DNA of 64,000 nucleotides, from positions 34,174,464 to 34,238,463 of the forward strand of contig NC_043011.1 in NCBI RefSeq assembly GCF_006345805.1, in the 5' to 3' direction. Below the pieces are notes generated by a model. It did no database searches. It saw only the letters and a program-made list of their open reading frames with translations, and was not told the DNA's origin. The position numbers and the translations under genes are program-made. Source of the DNA: Octopus sinensis. Its lineage: Eukaryota. The stretch's first letter is position 1. Every line of letters begins with the position of its first letter. Shown in pieces: positions 24,282 through 37,042 of this stretch.

Positions 24282-26107
24282 ATATCCTTTTTGATCAGAA
24301 CTAATTTGTTTTAGCTTCTTGTTAATGTTGTTAAATACAAGTTGATTTCCACTAGTTTTGATACTTTCTTAGGAGAGATATATATTAGTGACAGAGGCAA
24401 TATTAATACCTAAAGGTAATATTTATCCCCACTTAAATGTGGATCTTATGTTAGAGCAAACTTTACTGCGGTAGATACCATGAGAGAAACTCTCATATTA
24501 GCTTCTGGTGCAGAATGCACACTGGTTTATATCACTAGCAGGGAGATAAATCTCCACCAACTCCAATGCCAAGATTATCAGATCATGCGATTTCAACCTT
24601 CCTTGATCTCATCAGTGATGGGCGTAAGTGTGTTAGCTATAACTGTCCTAGATTATTGTAATTTTAGTATATCATTATCATACATCTAATAAGCTGACCT
24701 GCCAATTTTTGTTATTCCCAACTGAAGGAGGCAGCTATAACAGCACTTTGAACACATCCTACTAAACACTGCTTATCATAGTATATCCTAGCTCCCAGCT
24801 TTAACAGATGCAAGTTTTTCATCAGTTGTTTCTCAAAGCATATTTGCTAAGGTTGCAATTCTGATGTTTTACTCTTACTGTTATTTAAGCAGTGAAAGAT
24901 TCATACTTATGAAAGCATAATAGTTTATGCCTCTCCTTGAATTGTAGTAATTAACATTACTGCTATCTGATAAATAGGTTCCTTTCACATACACAGCTGT
25001 GTGGCAAGCATTTGGACTGAGTCTCAGATCCCTTTTTCCTTTCCTTTCCTTCGTTAGTTTTGGAGCCTATAAAAAAGAGTCAAGTTAGCACTGTTTGTCC
25101 TCTAATTAAACCAGTCATGCTCAAATGGTGCTCCATGGCACATTTGGTGCACAACTAGAGCTATCTAGTTGTTTCACAAAATTCTTAGATCTATGAATTT
25201 AAGCAGTGGAAAATTCATACTAATGCTTCAGTATCTTGAAAATTGTGATATTCATATTTTTACACCCATGTATAACTAACAGTTTATAACATAGGTACGA
25301 TGCCTGAAATTTGGAGAAACAGAAAGCTCTGTAGCTGGTTGTACTGTTTTCAGTATGCGTAAACTTTTTTATATATACATATATGTATGTATATGTGTGT
25401 GTGTTTGTATTTCCTTGTCTTGACATCTCTTGATAATTGTAAATGAGCATCACTATCTAACAAGCTGTGCTGTTAATTTTCAATAGTCTGCAAAACATGT
25501 CCAGTTATGGAGAAATATTATCTTGTCTGGAAACAGGTTAGGGTTGGCAACAGGAAGGGCATCCGACCATAGAAAATCTACTTCAATAAATTCTACTTGA
25601 TGCATTCAAGCATGGAAAAAAGTGGACATTAACTCTTCAGGATTCTGATTAATTCATCAAATACAATGCTCATTTATCCACCTTTTAAAAAGTTAATCAT
25701 GTAGTATCTTGTAGTTTCAATATTTTGAAGATGTAATTGTTTAATTTTAGAATGGCATTGTAGAGTAGGTGTGAGAGGCTGGATCTGGCCAGTTGATCAT
25801 AAAACAAGTAGAATAATACTTTGGCTGGATGTGGCCGGTTTAAATGCTAATAGGTTAAATAATAAGGATGTATTGTGTGTGTGTGTGTGTGTGTGTGTGA
25901 TGAAGTCAGAAAGATTCAGAGCCACTGGATTAGGCCATGAAACAAAATATTTTTTACAATAACAAATGTCATGATTGATTGATCAGAGTTGAACTGGGCT
26001 GAAGAACAGTAACAATAAAAATATTTGATAACCTGGCCCTTAAAATATATTTGATAAATGACCCACCCCTTTCATATCTTTCATGTTTCTTTCTTAACAC
26101 TTCATAC
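24282..26107 (+). other. CRYZL1: U12-type (minor spliceosome) AT-AC intron 9 of CRYZL1
   Basis: 5' splice site ATATCCTTT at 24282, branch site TTTCTTAAC at 26090-26098, terminal TAC at 26105-26107. Splicing gives in-frame GRYK-H-ILCDAVDKL. Confidence 0.9.
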
Positions 26108-26153
26108 ACATCTTATGTGATGCTGTTGACAAACTGGATCGAGGATTGCTTAA
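26108..26153 (+). CDS. CRYZL1: CRYZL1 exon 10 (HILCDAVDKLDRGLL)
   Basis: Aligns to human CILKDVMEKLSTGVF (recalled); AC acceptor, AA|GTAAGT donor (phase 2). Confidence 0.9.
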
Positions 26154-26500
26154 GTAAGTTCATTGTTTTCTTTTACCATTTTTGATTATTTTATTTTTTC
26201 ACCACTTCTCTGTGATGAATACATGTTTTATTTCCAGAAGTAGAATAGTTAAAGTCCTGGACACTTATATGCTGATTCAGTGAGCAAACATCTTTTGCTT
26301 GTTTCAGTCATTAGACTGTGGCCATGCTGGGGCATCACCTTGAAGAATATTTAGTGGAATGGATTGACCCCGATACTTGTTCTTTTAAACTTGGTACTTA
26401 CTCTATCAATTTCTTTTGCCGAGCCACTAAGTTACAGAGACATAAACACACCAACCCTGTTTGTCAAGTAGTGATCGGAGTCAAGCATAGACACAGAGAG

Positions 26501-26536
<36 letters not shown>

Positions 26537-26824
26537 GACAGGCTTCTTTCAGTTTCCATCTACCAAATCTACTCACAAGGCTTTGGTTAACCAGAGGCTT
26601 TAGTAGTAGATGCTTACCTAAGACGCCATGCAGTGGGACTGAACCTGGAACCATGTGGTTGGGAATCAAACATCTTAACAGACAGCCATTCTTGTTCATT
26701 TGATAGAAAACTTGGATACTCATTCAAAGAAACCAATGGAAACCCTTTTCATTTACTCATTTGACTATGTAATTTGTGATGGCTGTGCCGTTATATGTAT
26801 TGAATATTATTCCAAAATTCAGGT

Positions 26825-27073
26825 CAAGGGTTCTCAACCATTTTTTAAAAATCTGTAGACCCCTTTGGTTACTATTTTACTCTGGTGGACCTCCATTGCC
26901 ATTCATTGTTTAGAAACTTCTTTAAAAACTCCTATTTGTTTCAACTTGTTTAGGTTGAACTATGTAAAACGTTAAAAAACCTAGCTGGGTTTTTTTTTGC
27001 AATACACACCAATACATAGATTTAAAGCAAAATTGTTTTCAGGAGTCATATGGACTCCTGTTGGGAACCTCTG
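26825..27073. mobile_element. hAT-type MITE
   Basis: TIR-like CAAGGGTTCTCAAC / GTTGGGAACCTCTG; related fragment near 10240-10430. TSD poorly conserved. Confidence 0.55.
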
Positions 27074-29115
27074 ATATAGGCAGACCTGACCAAATCTGCA
27101 TTTGTTTGAAATGCCCTATTATTGTGCTGCCAACACACAATACTACTGACATCGTGACTGTGTAAGCTCACATGGATTCCTCTATTTCTTCTAAGGCGTG
27201 GGCATGGCTGTGTGGTTAGGGAGCTTGCTTCCTAGCTATATGGTTTTGGGTTCAGTCCCACTGCGTGGCACTTTGGGTAGGTGTCTTCCACTATAGGCCT
27301 GAGCCGACCGGAGCTTTGTGATTGAATTCGGTAGGCGGAAGTTACTGCCGTGTGTGTATGTATGCGTATAGCTGCTCAGTGCCTCTCCGAGAGAGAGAGA
27401 GAGGGAATACTTTCATAAAATTCAAGTAGATCATATCTACAAATGTCTGAGAAGTACTACCATAGTGTTGCAAACTGAGAGGGCAGAAAAATAAAGCAAG
27501 CCGATTGTTTGTTCTTGGCAGTATTTTATCAGTTTCTCTGATAATTCTTTCCGCTGATCGTGTTGATATGTCAAAGTAAACAAGCAGAGAGGCCTGTAAT
27601 TTTGGCATCTGCTCATGCATGCTTCTTTTTGTTGTTCTTGTTGTTTTATTATATTATTTCATTCTTCTTCTTCAAATCTTTTTGGGGGATGGGATGGAGA
27701 AGTGGGAACTCACATCTACCAAGAAGCAAAACAAAAAATGTGATTTGGCTAAATGGTTTTTTAAATGCGTGTAAGGATCTATTAGAAAGCCTTTCTTATT
27801 TCCTTCTTTTGCTTTCAGTGCCCCTAACTCAGTACCGTGCAATGCTGCAAGGTAGTGAGACATAGCCACTGACTGCATACAGAGAAGGTGTGAGGGCTGA
27901 AGTGAAATAAAGCATGAACATGCTGCACAGAATGGTGTTCTATTTATTCTGCCTTACTCCTTTTTTTTTTTTGCAATCTTTATTTCTTTGTCCTTTATAT
28001 TATCTTTATGCTTTTTAACTTCTATAATTTTCCTTCTTTCTCTGCATTCCTATTTCTCAATATTTCTCACTTTTTCATTCTCTTGTTCTTCTCTTAAAAT
28101 TTCCTCACTTTTGCAACCATATTTCACATTCTTCTAATATTTTCTTAGTCTTTTGTACTGTTTCTTTAAAAATTTTCATTCTTCCCATCCTTTTTTACTG
28201 TCTTGTGCTATTTTTCCCTCCGCATTTCTCTTATGCTCATCATTGTTTATGGGAAAGAGGGCATTGTAGTGGCCATTGTCAATTCCTTCAGTATACAATC
28301 ACAGATATCTTCCTTTCCATAACCATTTAACAAAATATAGTGAACAGAGGAAAAAATAACTTTATGGTCATTTTTGCAATGAACCTGAATTGCTACATTA
28401 TATAATTCACTTATGGCAACCAGTTCAACATTTACCATCAAATAGTCCATCCCTACACATGTATATTTGATGTTCCTGCTTTGCAATGTTAAGAATGAAA
28501 TAATTAAAATGCCTCCAATTATTGCATGTATGTTATACAGCTTTTACTCTAAGACTTCAGTAATTTGTGCAGTTAATGAGGGAGATTAATACAGTTTTAA
28601 ACAGACGGTTACCATCACCCATAACTTTTTGAAAGAGATGAGTTATTTTCATTTTGTTCAGGATTTCTTCCAGGCATCCCCCATCATACCTGTCTGTTTG
28701 ACCGAAAGGCTGTATTTATTCTGTCTTCGTCAATCATTTCAAATTACATTTGTTTACTTCCATATGTCCACTCTGTATCGTTTTGTTTGCTCGAGCCCTA
28801 ATTCTCCGCAGATTTTGTGGGTGCCAATGATATGTGAAGTTCTCAGTCTTATCATTAAAGGCATGAAACTGTGTATTAGTATTTCGGTCGATAACTGATG
28901 AAGAATAGTGTCTTTTTGTGTCTGTCCTATGTGTACGTCTTTTTAGTATTGAATGCATTTTTCATTTATGTGTGTCTATACATGTTTGTGTGTATGTATA
29001 TATATATATTGTATACGTATGTATATTTGTGTATGTATGTGTATATTTGTATATGCATGCATATGTATGTATATATGTGTGTGTGTTGTGTGTGTGTGTA
29101 TATGCATGTATGCAC

Positions 29116-29147
<32 letters not shown>

Positions 29148-29578
29148 ATGTGTGTGTGTGTGTGTAATTATGGAGGGAGGTAGGTAGGAAGAATCAACAT
29201 TTGAGGTATGAAGCAAAAGTAAAATATGCAAGGCAACAAATTCAATGAATTTCTAGATTTATCAACATTCAAGAATAAGGAAAGTTGAATGGAGATGAAT
29301 TGAGAATGAGGAACATAAAATGAACGAGGTCATAAAAACATTAAAGATCATGCGCACAGACAGATGTATGCTCACTTACAGATATGCACCGAAACAGAGA
29401 TAGCATGCTTTCACACATATGCAAATGCAGTATACAGGTAAAGATCATTGATAATAGTGTGAGAAGATTATCATTTGGGAAAATTTATCTGTCTTAAATT
29501 TTGTACGAATGCATTTAGGAAGCTTTTCTGAGCGAAAGTTGCATTATAGTATTTTAATGAAAAGTATTACCTCTAATG

Positions 29579-29908
29579 TAGTGAGGGTGCATGGCTTAGT
29601 GGTTAGGGCATTCAGCTCATGATTGTAAGGTTGTGAGTTCGATTCCTGGCGACGCATTGTGTCCTTGAGCAAGACACTTTATTTCACGTTGCTCCAGTTT
29701 ACTCAGCTGGCAAAAATGAGTAGTACCTGTATTTCAAAAAAGGGCCAGCCTTGTCACACTCTGTGTCATGCTGAATCTCCTTACGAATTACGTTAAAGGT
29801 ACACGTGTCTGTGGAATGCTCAGTCACTTGCACGTTAATTTCACGAGCAAGCTGTTCCGTTGACCGTATCAGCTGGGACCCTCGTCGTCATAACTGACGG
29901 GGTGCTCC
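29579..29908 (+). mobile_element. tRNA-derived SINE, full length
   Basis: A box TGGCTTAGTGG, B box GAGTTCGATTCC; 14-bp TSD TATTACCTCTAATG at 29565-29578 and 29909-29922. Related copies at about 20880 and 55700-55920 (-). Confidence 0.88.
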
Positions 29909-29924
29909 TATTACCTCTAATGGA

Positions 29925-30400
29925 ACCAACTGACATCTGTTAGCAGAGTTGGTAAAAGAGGACTTTCCTTTTTGAATGAAGAACAGACTGTATGATGTTT
30001 TATGTATAAGATATGATATTGCATGATAGCAGAATGTTGATATTGGATGTAGAAGATATGTGTGAAAACTAAAGAAAAATAAGATGGACATGTACCATTG
30101 GATGTGTAATGTCGATATGCCTGGATGATAGAGCATGAGTATACTGAAAGTTTAGTGATTAGAGGTTTCTGCTGTAGTGTGCTAGAAGTAAAACTGTAAT
30201 TGAATGGATATTTGATGTGTAGGAAGAATGATTGTTGGGTAAAAGAGTGCCTGTGATGGCAGTTTGGAAGGAGTTTGGGGAAGAGGAAAAATGAAGAAAT
30301 GTGGATAGAAGTGGTAGGGTTTGATCTCAGGATGTTGAGCTTCATGAAGGAAAGAACGTATGACATGACATGGTGATGAAACTAACCTGTCCAACCCATG
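29925..30400 (+). mobile_element. Decayed RTE LINE 3' fragment
   Basis: G-rich RT C-terminal-like sequence ending in the TCCAACCCATGC tail motif shared with other RTE tails in the window. Confidence 0.55.
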
Positions 30401-30721
30401 CTCACAAAAAAAAAATACATGAAAATAATGATGATATGTATATGCATGTGTGTGTGTGTGTGTATGTGTAAGTATGGCTCTGCAGTTAAGAAGCTTGCTT
30501 TACAACAATGTGGTCTTGTATTCAATTCCATGGCACAATACCTTGGGCAAGTGTCTTCTGCAATAACCTTGAGCCAACCCAAACCATGTGAATGGATTTA
30601 CCAGTTAAAACTGAATGAAGTCCATCATATGTATATGTTTATTATATATATAAACATAATGAATAATAATGAATAATTTAGTTCATATTTGAATATTTAT
30701 ATATATATATATATGTATGTA

Positions 30722-31037
30722 TATCACCATGATCACCGTGACTGACCAGGCTATCAGATGTTGCTACACATTGCTAGTCACAATGCGCTTCACATTGCTT
30801 TAGCCTTCAAATGATGCCACCCCGCTGGCTAAGCGAGCAGGCCAACAGAAGAAAGAGTGAGAGAAAGTTGTGGCGAAAGAGTACAGCAGGGATTGCCACC
30901 ACCCCCTGCAGGAGCCTCGTGGAGCTTTAGGTGTTTTCACTCAATAAACACACTCACAACGCCCAGTCTGGGAATCGAAGCTGCAATCCTACGACCGCAA
31001 GTCTGCTGCCCTAACCACTGGGCCATTGCGCCTCCAT
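30722..31037 (-). mobile_element. tRNA-derived SINE (second copy about 38770-39068)
   Basis: Minus-strand head GGAGGCGCAATGGCCCAGTGGTTAGGGCAGC with B-box-like TTCGATTCC; the two copies are closely similar. Confidence 0.8.
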
Positions 31038-31048
31038 ATATATATATA

Positions 31049-31510
31049 TATCAGGCTGAGTAAAAAGTAAGCAACATCTTGAAACATGAAATTCATCACA
31101 ATATATTTCAACAATGCGGTAATTTTATTCATCAACACATTTTTGCCCACGAGTTACAAGTTTGTTTATTCCAGCAACATTAAAATCTGGAGTTCTGGAG
31201 CTGACGTACTCTTTGAATGCACTTTCAGCATCAGTTTCATTTTTTAACTTCTTCTCTCGCATGAAACCATCAAGGTGCTTGAAATAGTGGTAGTCAGTAG
31301 GAGAAGGTCTGAGGAATAAGCTGGGTGGGGAAGAATGTTGTAGCCAAGTTCACTCAACTTCTGGAGTGTCATTAGTAAAATGTGTGGTCAAGCATTGACA
31401 TGAAGAATGATTGGCCCTCTTCTGTTGACTAGTCTGGGATGGAGGAGTAGCAGTTTTTCATTCATTTTGGCAATTTCATGACAATATATTTCTGCAGTAA
31501 TGGTTTTTCC
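31049..31510 (-). mobile_element. Mariner transposase C-terminus and right end
   Basis: Minus strand translates ILHVNA*PH (HDNA motif) and HPAYSSDL/SPTDYHYFKHLDGFM (YSPDL motif). Confidence 0.8.
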
Positions 31511-31687
31511 ATATATACATATATAGCCTCAGGTGAGACTGAACCTGGAACCATATGATTGAGAAGCAGGCTTCTTACCATACAGCCTGCTTCTCAACCA
31601 TATGGTTCCGGGTTTAGTCTCATTATGTTGCACTTTGAACAAATCTTTTGAGTGGATTTGGTCAACAGAAACTGAAAGAAGCCTGTC

Positions 31688-31723
<36 letters not shown>

Positions 31724-32403
31724 GCTGTGTGGTAAGTAGCTTGCTTACCAACCACATGGTTCTGGGTTCAGTCCCACTGCGTGGCACCTTGGGCAAGTGT
31801 CTTCTACTATAGCCTTTGGCCAACCAAAGCCTTGTGAGTGGATTTCGTAGACAGAAACTGAAAGAAGCCTATCGTATATATATATATATGTGTGTGTGTA
31901 TGCATGCATGTGTATATGTTTGTGTATCTGTGCTTGTTCCCTCACCATCATTAGACAACCGATGTTAGTGTGTTTACCTGCCTGTAACTTAGTGTAACTT
32001 AGCAAAAGACACCAATAGAATAAGTATTAGGCTTACAATTAAAGGTGGTGCTCCAGCATGGCCACAGTCAAATGATTGAAACAAATAAAACAATAAAAGA
32101 ATATATATATATATATATAATTATTTGTATATATATCTATGTGTGTGTGTCTGTGTTTGTTCCCCATCATCACATGACAACCAGTGTTGGTGCGTTTACA
32201 TCTCCATAAATTAGCAGTTCAGCAAAATTGACTGATAAAATAAGTACTAGTCTTAAAAATTATAAGTCCTGGGGTCTATTTGTTCTACTAAAACCCTTCA
32301 AGGTGGTGCTCCAGCCTGGCCGTAGTCAAATGACTGAAACAAGTAAAAGACAAGGTATATATAATGTTGATTTCTTTTCATGTTTTTTTTCTTCTTCTTC
32401 TAG

Positions 32404-32500
32404 AGTGAATATATCGAAAATCATCCAAGTTGATGAAGCTGTGAGTAATTTGCTATCAATATCTGATAAAATTATGGGGAAGACAATTGTCCAGTTCTGA
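32404..32500 (+). CDS. CRYZL1: CRYZL1 exon 11, final (VNISKIIQVDEAVSNLLSISDKIMGKTIVQF*)
   Basis: Long polypyrimidine tract plus TAG, phase-2 fit, ends K.IVQF-stop like human KKQVVQF (recalled). Total CDS 1074 nt = 357 aa. Confidence 0.93.
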
Positions 32501-32535
32501 GCAACCAGCCATCACTGTTAATTTGTTAATTTGTA

Positions 32536-32560
32536 AATAAATTTTCCTTCCAAAAATAAA
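32536..32560 (+). terminator. Candidate polyadenylation signals of CRYZL1
   Basis: AATAAA at 32536-32541 and 32555-32560, followed by GT/T-rich sequence. Confidence 0.6.
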
Positions 32561-33714
32561 TTCATCTAAAGCTGTTATTAATGCTGTTGTTGTTATTAAT
32601 TTTATTTCCATTGAAATGAAGTGGGTGGCATAATTGGTAGAGCATCAGGCAAAAATACTTTTAGTTATTTTCTTATATTTCTGTACCCCATGGCTTGAAA
32701 CAGACATGGCCATGTGGCTAAGAAGCTCACTTTGCAACCATGTGGTCTTGGGTTCAGTCCCACTGTGCAGTTCTTATTTCTTTATTGCCCACAAGGGGCT
32801 AAACATAGAGGGGACAAACAAGAACAGACAAAGGGATTAAGTCAATTACATTGACCCCAGTGCATAACTGGTACTTAATTTATCAACCCTGAAAGGATGA
32901 AAGGCAAAGTCGACCTCGGCAGAATTTGAACTCAGAACATAACGGTAGATGAAATACTGCTAAGCATTTCACCCGGTGTGGTAACATTTCTGCCAGCTCG
33001 CTGCCCACTGTGCAGTTCTGCTACATGCTACATCTCTTGGCCAAATAGTGCCTTATGAGTGAATTTGGTTGACAGAAATTGCAGAAACCCATGTATATAT
33101 ATATACCGTCCTACCCATGCCATCATGGAAGGAGGACATTAACAATGATGATGTAAAAGATCCAAGGAGTTTTTCTCGGGGTGGCTCAAACTCAGGTATA
33201 TACTCTGAGTTCTCAATTTGGTATGCCACTAAATTTATGGTTTGAACTGCAGTTGAAAATATGATTTTGTGACTACCTTTCTAAAACGACTAGAAGTGGC
33301 TTCCTCTTGAGCCAGTAGGTATAGATTAAAGCTGAAGTGAAAAGGCAAATGGTTTGGCAAGATTTGACAAGGATATTTAATTTATCTATACAATAAAAAG
33401 TTTTGCATAAGTCTCTAACAACTGTTTCTAGAATATCCCAGCTATTGGAATATAATAGCAAGCAAGAATTCCATAGACTGATTATTCCATCATCAGAGAG
33501 AGTTAAGTTGAACGTATTTGTAAAAAAGGCATAAATAGAAACTCCATAAGATGTATCCAGTGTAAGCTATGGACACATAAGAGGTGCAGTAATATCAGAG
33601 GCCGTTTAACAGGGGAAATAGTTCTTGTGTGTGGAAGATGCACAGGTACAATAAACACTGAAAATGTACAGAAAATAGACTCTATCAACAGCCAGGGGGA
33701 AAAACTAGAAGTAG

Positions 33715-34350
33715 CTGATATGGTCATTTGATGCATATGGACAAGGACAGCTGTGTAAACAAGTGTTGATCACTAACTGTGGAAGAGGTAGACCGAGGAA
33801 GACATGGGACAAGGTGGTGATGCATGATCTGCAAACTTTGAGGCAGTGACTAGTGACCAAAACCTTTGGCAATATGCTGTGCTTGAGAAAACCATTCAAG
33901 CCAAGTGAAATCATAGTTATGGCTGATGCTGGAATCACATAACTGGTATGTGTGCCAGTGGTACATAAAATGCACCTTTCAAGTATTGAGCCTTACAGAA
34001 TCAAAGAAACTGATGCTGGTGGCACTGGAAAAGTTCCTTTTGAGTGTTGGGCCTCATGGAGACAATGACTGAGACCTTTTGCATTGCCATGCTTGAGAAG
34101 AAGACCCATCAAGCCAAGTAAGATTACAGTCATGGTAGATACTGGTGTCGTGCAAATGGCACCCATGCCAGTGGCACATAAAAGCACCCATTACACTCTT
34201 GGAGTGGTTGACATTAGGAAGGGCATCCAGCCGTAGAAACAATGCCAAATAAGACCTGAGTCTGGTGCAGCCTTTCAGCTTGCCAGCTCTGGTCAAACTG
34301 TCCAACCCATGCCAGCATGGAATACAGATGTTAAATATTGATGATGATAT
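33715..34350 (+). mobile_element. RTE LINE 3' end with 3'UTR and (GAT)n tail
   Basis: GRGRPRKTWDKVV..DL motif (GGAAGAGGTAGACCGAGGAAGACATGG), then the shared 3'UTR ending GATGATGAT. Related copy at about 51240-51590. Confidence 0.75.
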
Positions 34351-36479
34351 GTAACAGTGGAAGAATATTACTCATCAGTGATATTGGGATTCATTTTGTC
34401 AAGAAAGGGAAGAGAAATTCAATTAAGAATCCAATTAAAATAGGTATTCATTAGATAAACCCATGAACTAAGGAAGAAAATTAGTAATGTCTATTTTGAT
34501 TTTTATTATTGGATTTCTCTTCCCTTTCTAGACAAAATGAACCGCAACAATCCTTTCTACTGGCCTGGAATTAGTGGGAGGGATTAAGTCAATTATATCA
34601 ATCTCAGTGCATAACTGGTACTTATTTAATCAACCCCTAAAGGATGAAAACCAAAGTCAACCATGGCAGAATTTGAGCTTAGAATGCTGGTTACTGTGAT
34701 GGTAAGATCAACAAAAAAAGTAAATTCTGTGGAAGTGTCTGAACCATGTCAGCATACAAACAAATTTAAAATGATGATGTAGAGGAGGAGGAGGAGTTGG
34801 GTATATACACACTCATGTTTTTTTTAGTTTCCTTGTGCACATTGTGCACCAGTAGTAAATAAGCAACACTGTCATACAAATGGTATTGGTCTTTTCCAGT
34901 CTTCCACAAAAATATGCATAGCTGTGGGAAAATATCATTTGCTTGGAAACAGGTAAAAATTGGCAAGAGGAAGGACATCCAGCCAGAGGAAATCTGCTTC
35001 AATAAATTCCGTCTGACCCTTGCAAGCACAGAAGAGTGGAAGTTAAACTGATTGTCACACACATGTATAAACACAAAGGGTGTTTAAAGTTTACAACAGC
35101 TGTTTCAGTAGAATATAATTTATTTAATGCTGTTATATATATATATATACAATCCACCATCATCAGATAAAATTTTAAACATCTAAAATGGACATAGCCA
35201 ACAGAAAACTGATATAGTATTCAATGCTTTATGGGACATACATTTCATCAAAATGCTGTAATAATTACATAACAGTTGTGGAAACACTATGCAATTTTGC
35301 ACGTCACCTTTACAGTGCTTTTTGTAATGTGTGTGTATGTACGCACATGTGTGTAGAGAGATAGATAGATAGATATGTACATGCTCACACGCAAACTGTA
35401 ATATTGGTAAATGTAAAGGCAGTGAGCTGGCAGAAACATTAGTACGCCAGGTGAATTGCTAAGCAGTATTTCATTTGTCTTTACATTCTGAGTTAAAATT
35501 CTGCCAAGGTCAACTTCACTTATCATCCTTTCGGGGTCAATAAATTAAGTACCAGTTGCATACTGAGGTTGATCTAATCGACTGGCCCCCTCCCCAAAAA
35601 AATTTCAGGTCTTTTGCCTAGAGTAGAAAAGAATATTGGTAAATGTAATCCTGGATATACAGAAAAAAAAAAAAAAGAATGTTCAAGGCTGGTACATCTT
35701 TCATCATAAATCTGCTGGATTAGGACTGACCTACAGTCAAACAACAACAATATCAACAAGCCTTGTTCCCAGTTAGGAAGAACATTTAACATTCATTTCT
35801 ATGATGTCTGACTTAACCAGAACCACGTATCTGAATCTGTAATGTCATTACTACATGAATGAATACATAGATAGGATTGTACTCTTACTTGTATTTATGA
35901 ATGAATCATTTGTATTTATGAATGAAATATTTATGTCTATGAATGAATGTATTCATTACCAAATGATGGGGGAAGAGTATATTCTCATTTGTTGGAAATA
36001 TACTACAGAACACAATTTACGAAGAAATTTCTATTAAATGCCATTATCAGTTAAATATTCTTTTCCAATAGAGTTGTAAGCCACTGATTCTTTGGTTACC
36101 AACCTGTCTGAAATTATTCCTGGTTCTATGATTCAAATTATTCTTGATTCTGTGATTTGTTACCATATTTCTATGGAAATACACTATCTTTGTTGCAAAT
36201 AAATTTTTAAATTATGAAGAATTTTATAAAATAACTTTGTCAATATTAAGTTGATATTTGAAACAAATTTGATGGAAGGTTTTAATTTAAATCTCTTCCA
36301 AACCAGAAATTTCTTTCATGACACTAGGGGAAGTCCCAGGTGGGTTAGTATCAAAAAGGTGAAAGTGACTTAAATTAAAAAAATTTCCTCCAAAATTTCA
36401 TGTAAATTTATGTTCAAAACACCAGCTTAATATCAAAGTCATTTTCCCAAAATTCTTCATTGTTATTGGTCTGTCCCTG

Positions 36480-36905
36480 GGGGATGAATTGTTTATGCAC
36501 AATACCACATTTCTGGAGGTAACACTCATGGCGGGTCTTCCAGATAACTCATCATCTTCCATGGATGCTCATCCAGTTTTGAAGTGCCCATGCCACTCGA
36601 AGCATTGCATACGACCCATTGCCTCATCGCCAAAGCATGCTCAATGTCTCTGTAGCAGACCTCCCAAGGTTAACAGAAAATTTCATGTTGGTTCCTTGTA
36701 CCTGTCTATGACAAAATCACAGACTACAGCATATGTGTGATCACAAAAACACAAATTTCACAACTTGCAAAGTAAACACAGCAATGTCACTCAGCACACT
36801 GTGTCATAAAGGTCACTGCTAGCACTAGCTACTCACGAAACTGTGTGCTGCCATCTGTTGGCATGCTACAGACTTAGTCTGGGAACTTTTTGATACCACC
36901 TCGTA
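36480..36905 (-). mobile_element. Mariner-family left-end fragment
   Basis: Ends in the reverse complement of TA-CGAGGTGGTATCAAAAAGTT, a typical mariner TIR start. Confidence 0.6.
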
Positions 36906-36990
36906 GGTATACAGTGTGCAGCATGTCAGATGTTGAAGTGATCACAAAGCAACATGAAATGAAGTACTTTGCTCAAGAATACAGTGTGTG

Positions 36991-37042
<52 letters not shown>

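Noticed and set aside
24282-24304. Read-through HILFDQN* as the true CRYZL1 C-terminus
   Set aside because: Downstream exons 10 and 11 supply the conserved C-terminus in the correct phases via the AT-AC intron.
29579-29660. tRNA-like sequences with A and B boxes (also at SINE heads near 31035, 39065, 59525 and 59970)
   Set aside because: They continue into SINE bodies with TSDs and lack a complete cloverleaf; not tRNA genes.
31533-31622. Inverted repeat of about 40-bp arms
   Set aside because: Both arms are head fragments of the abundant SINE family in opposite orientation.
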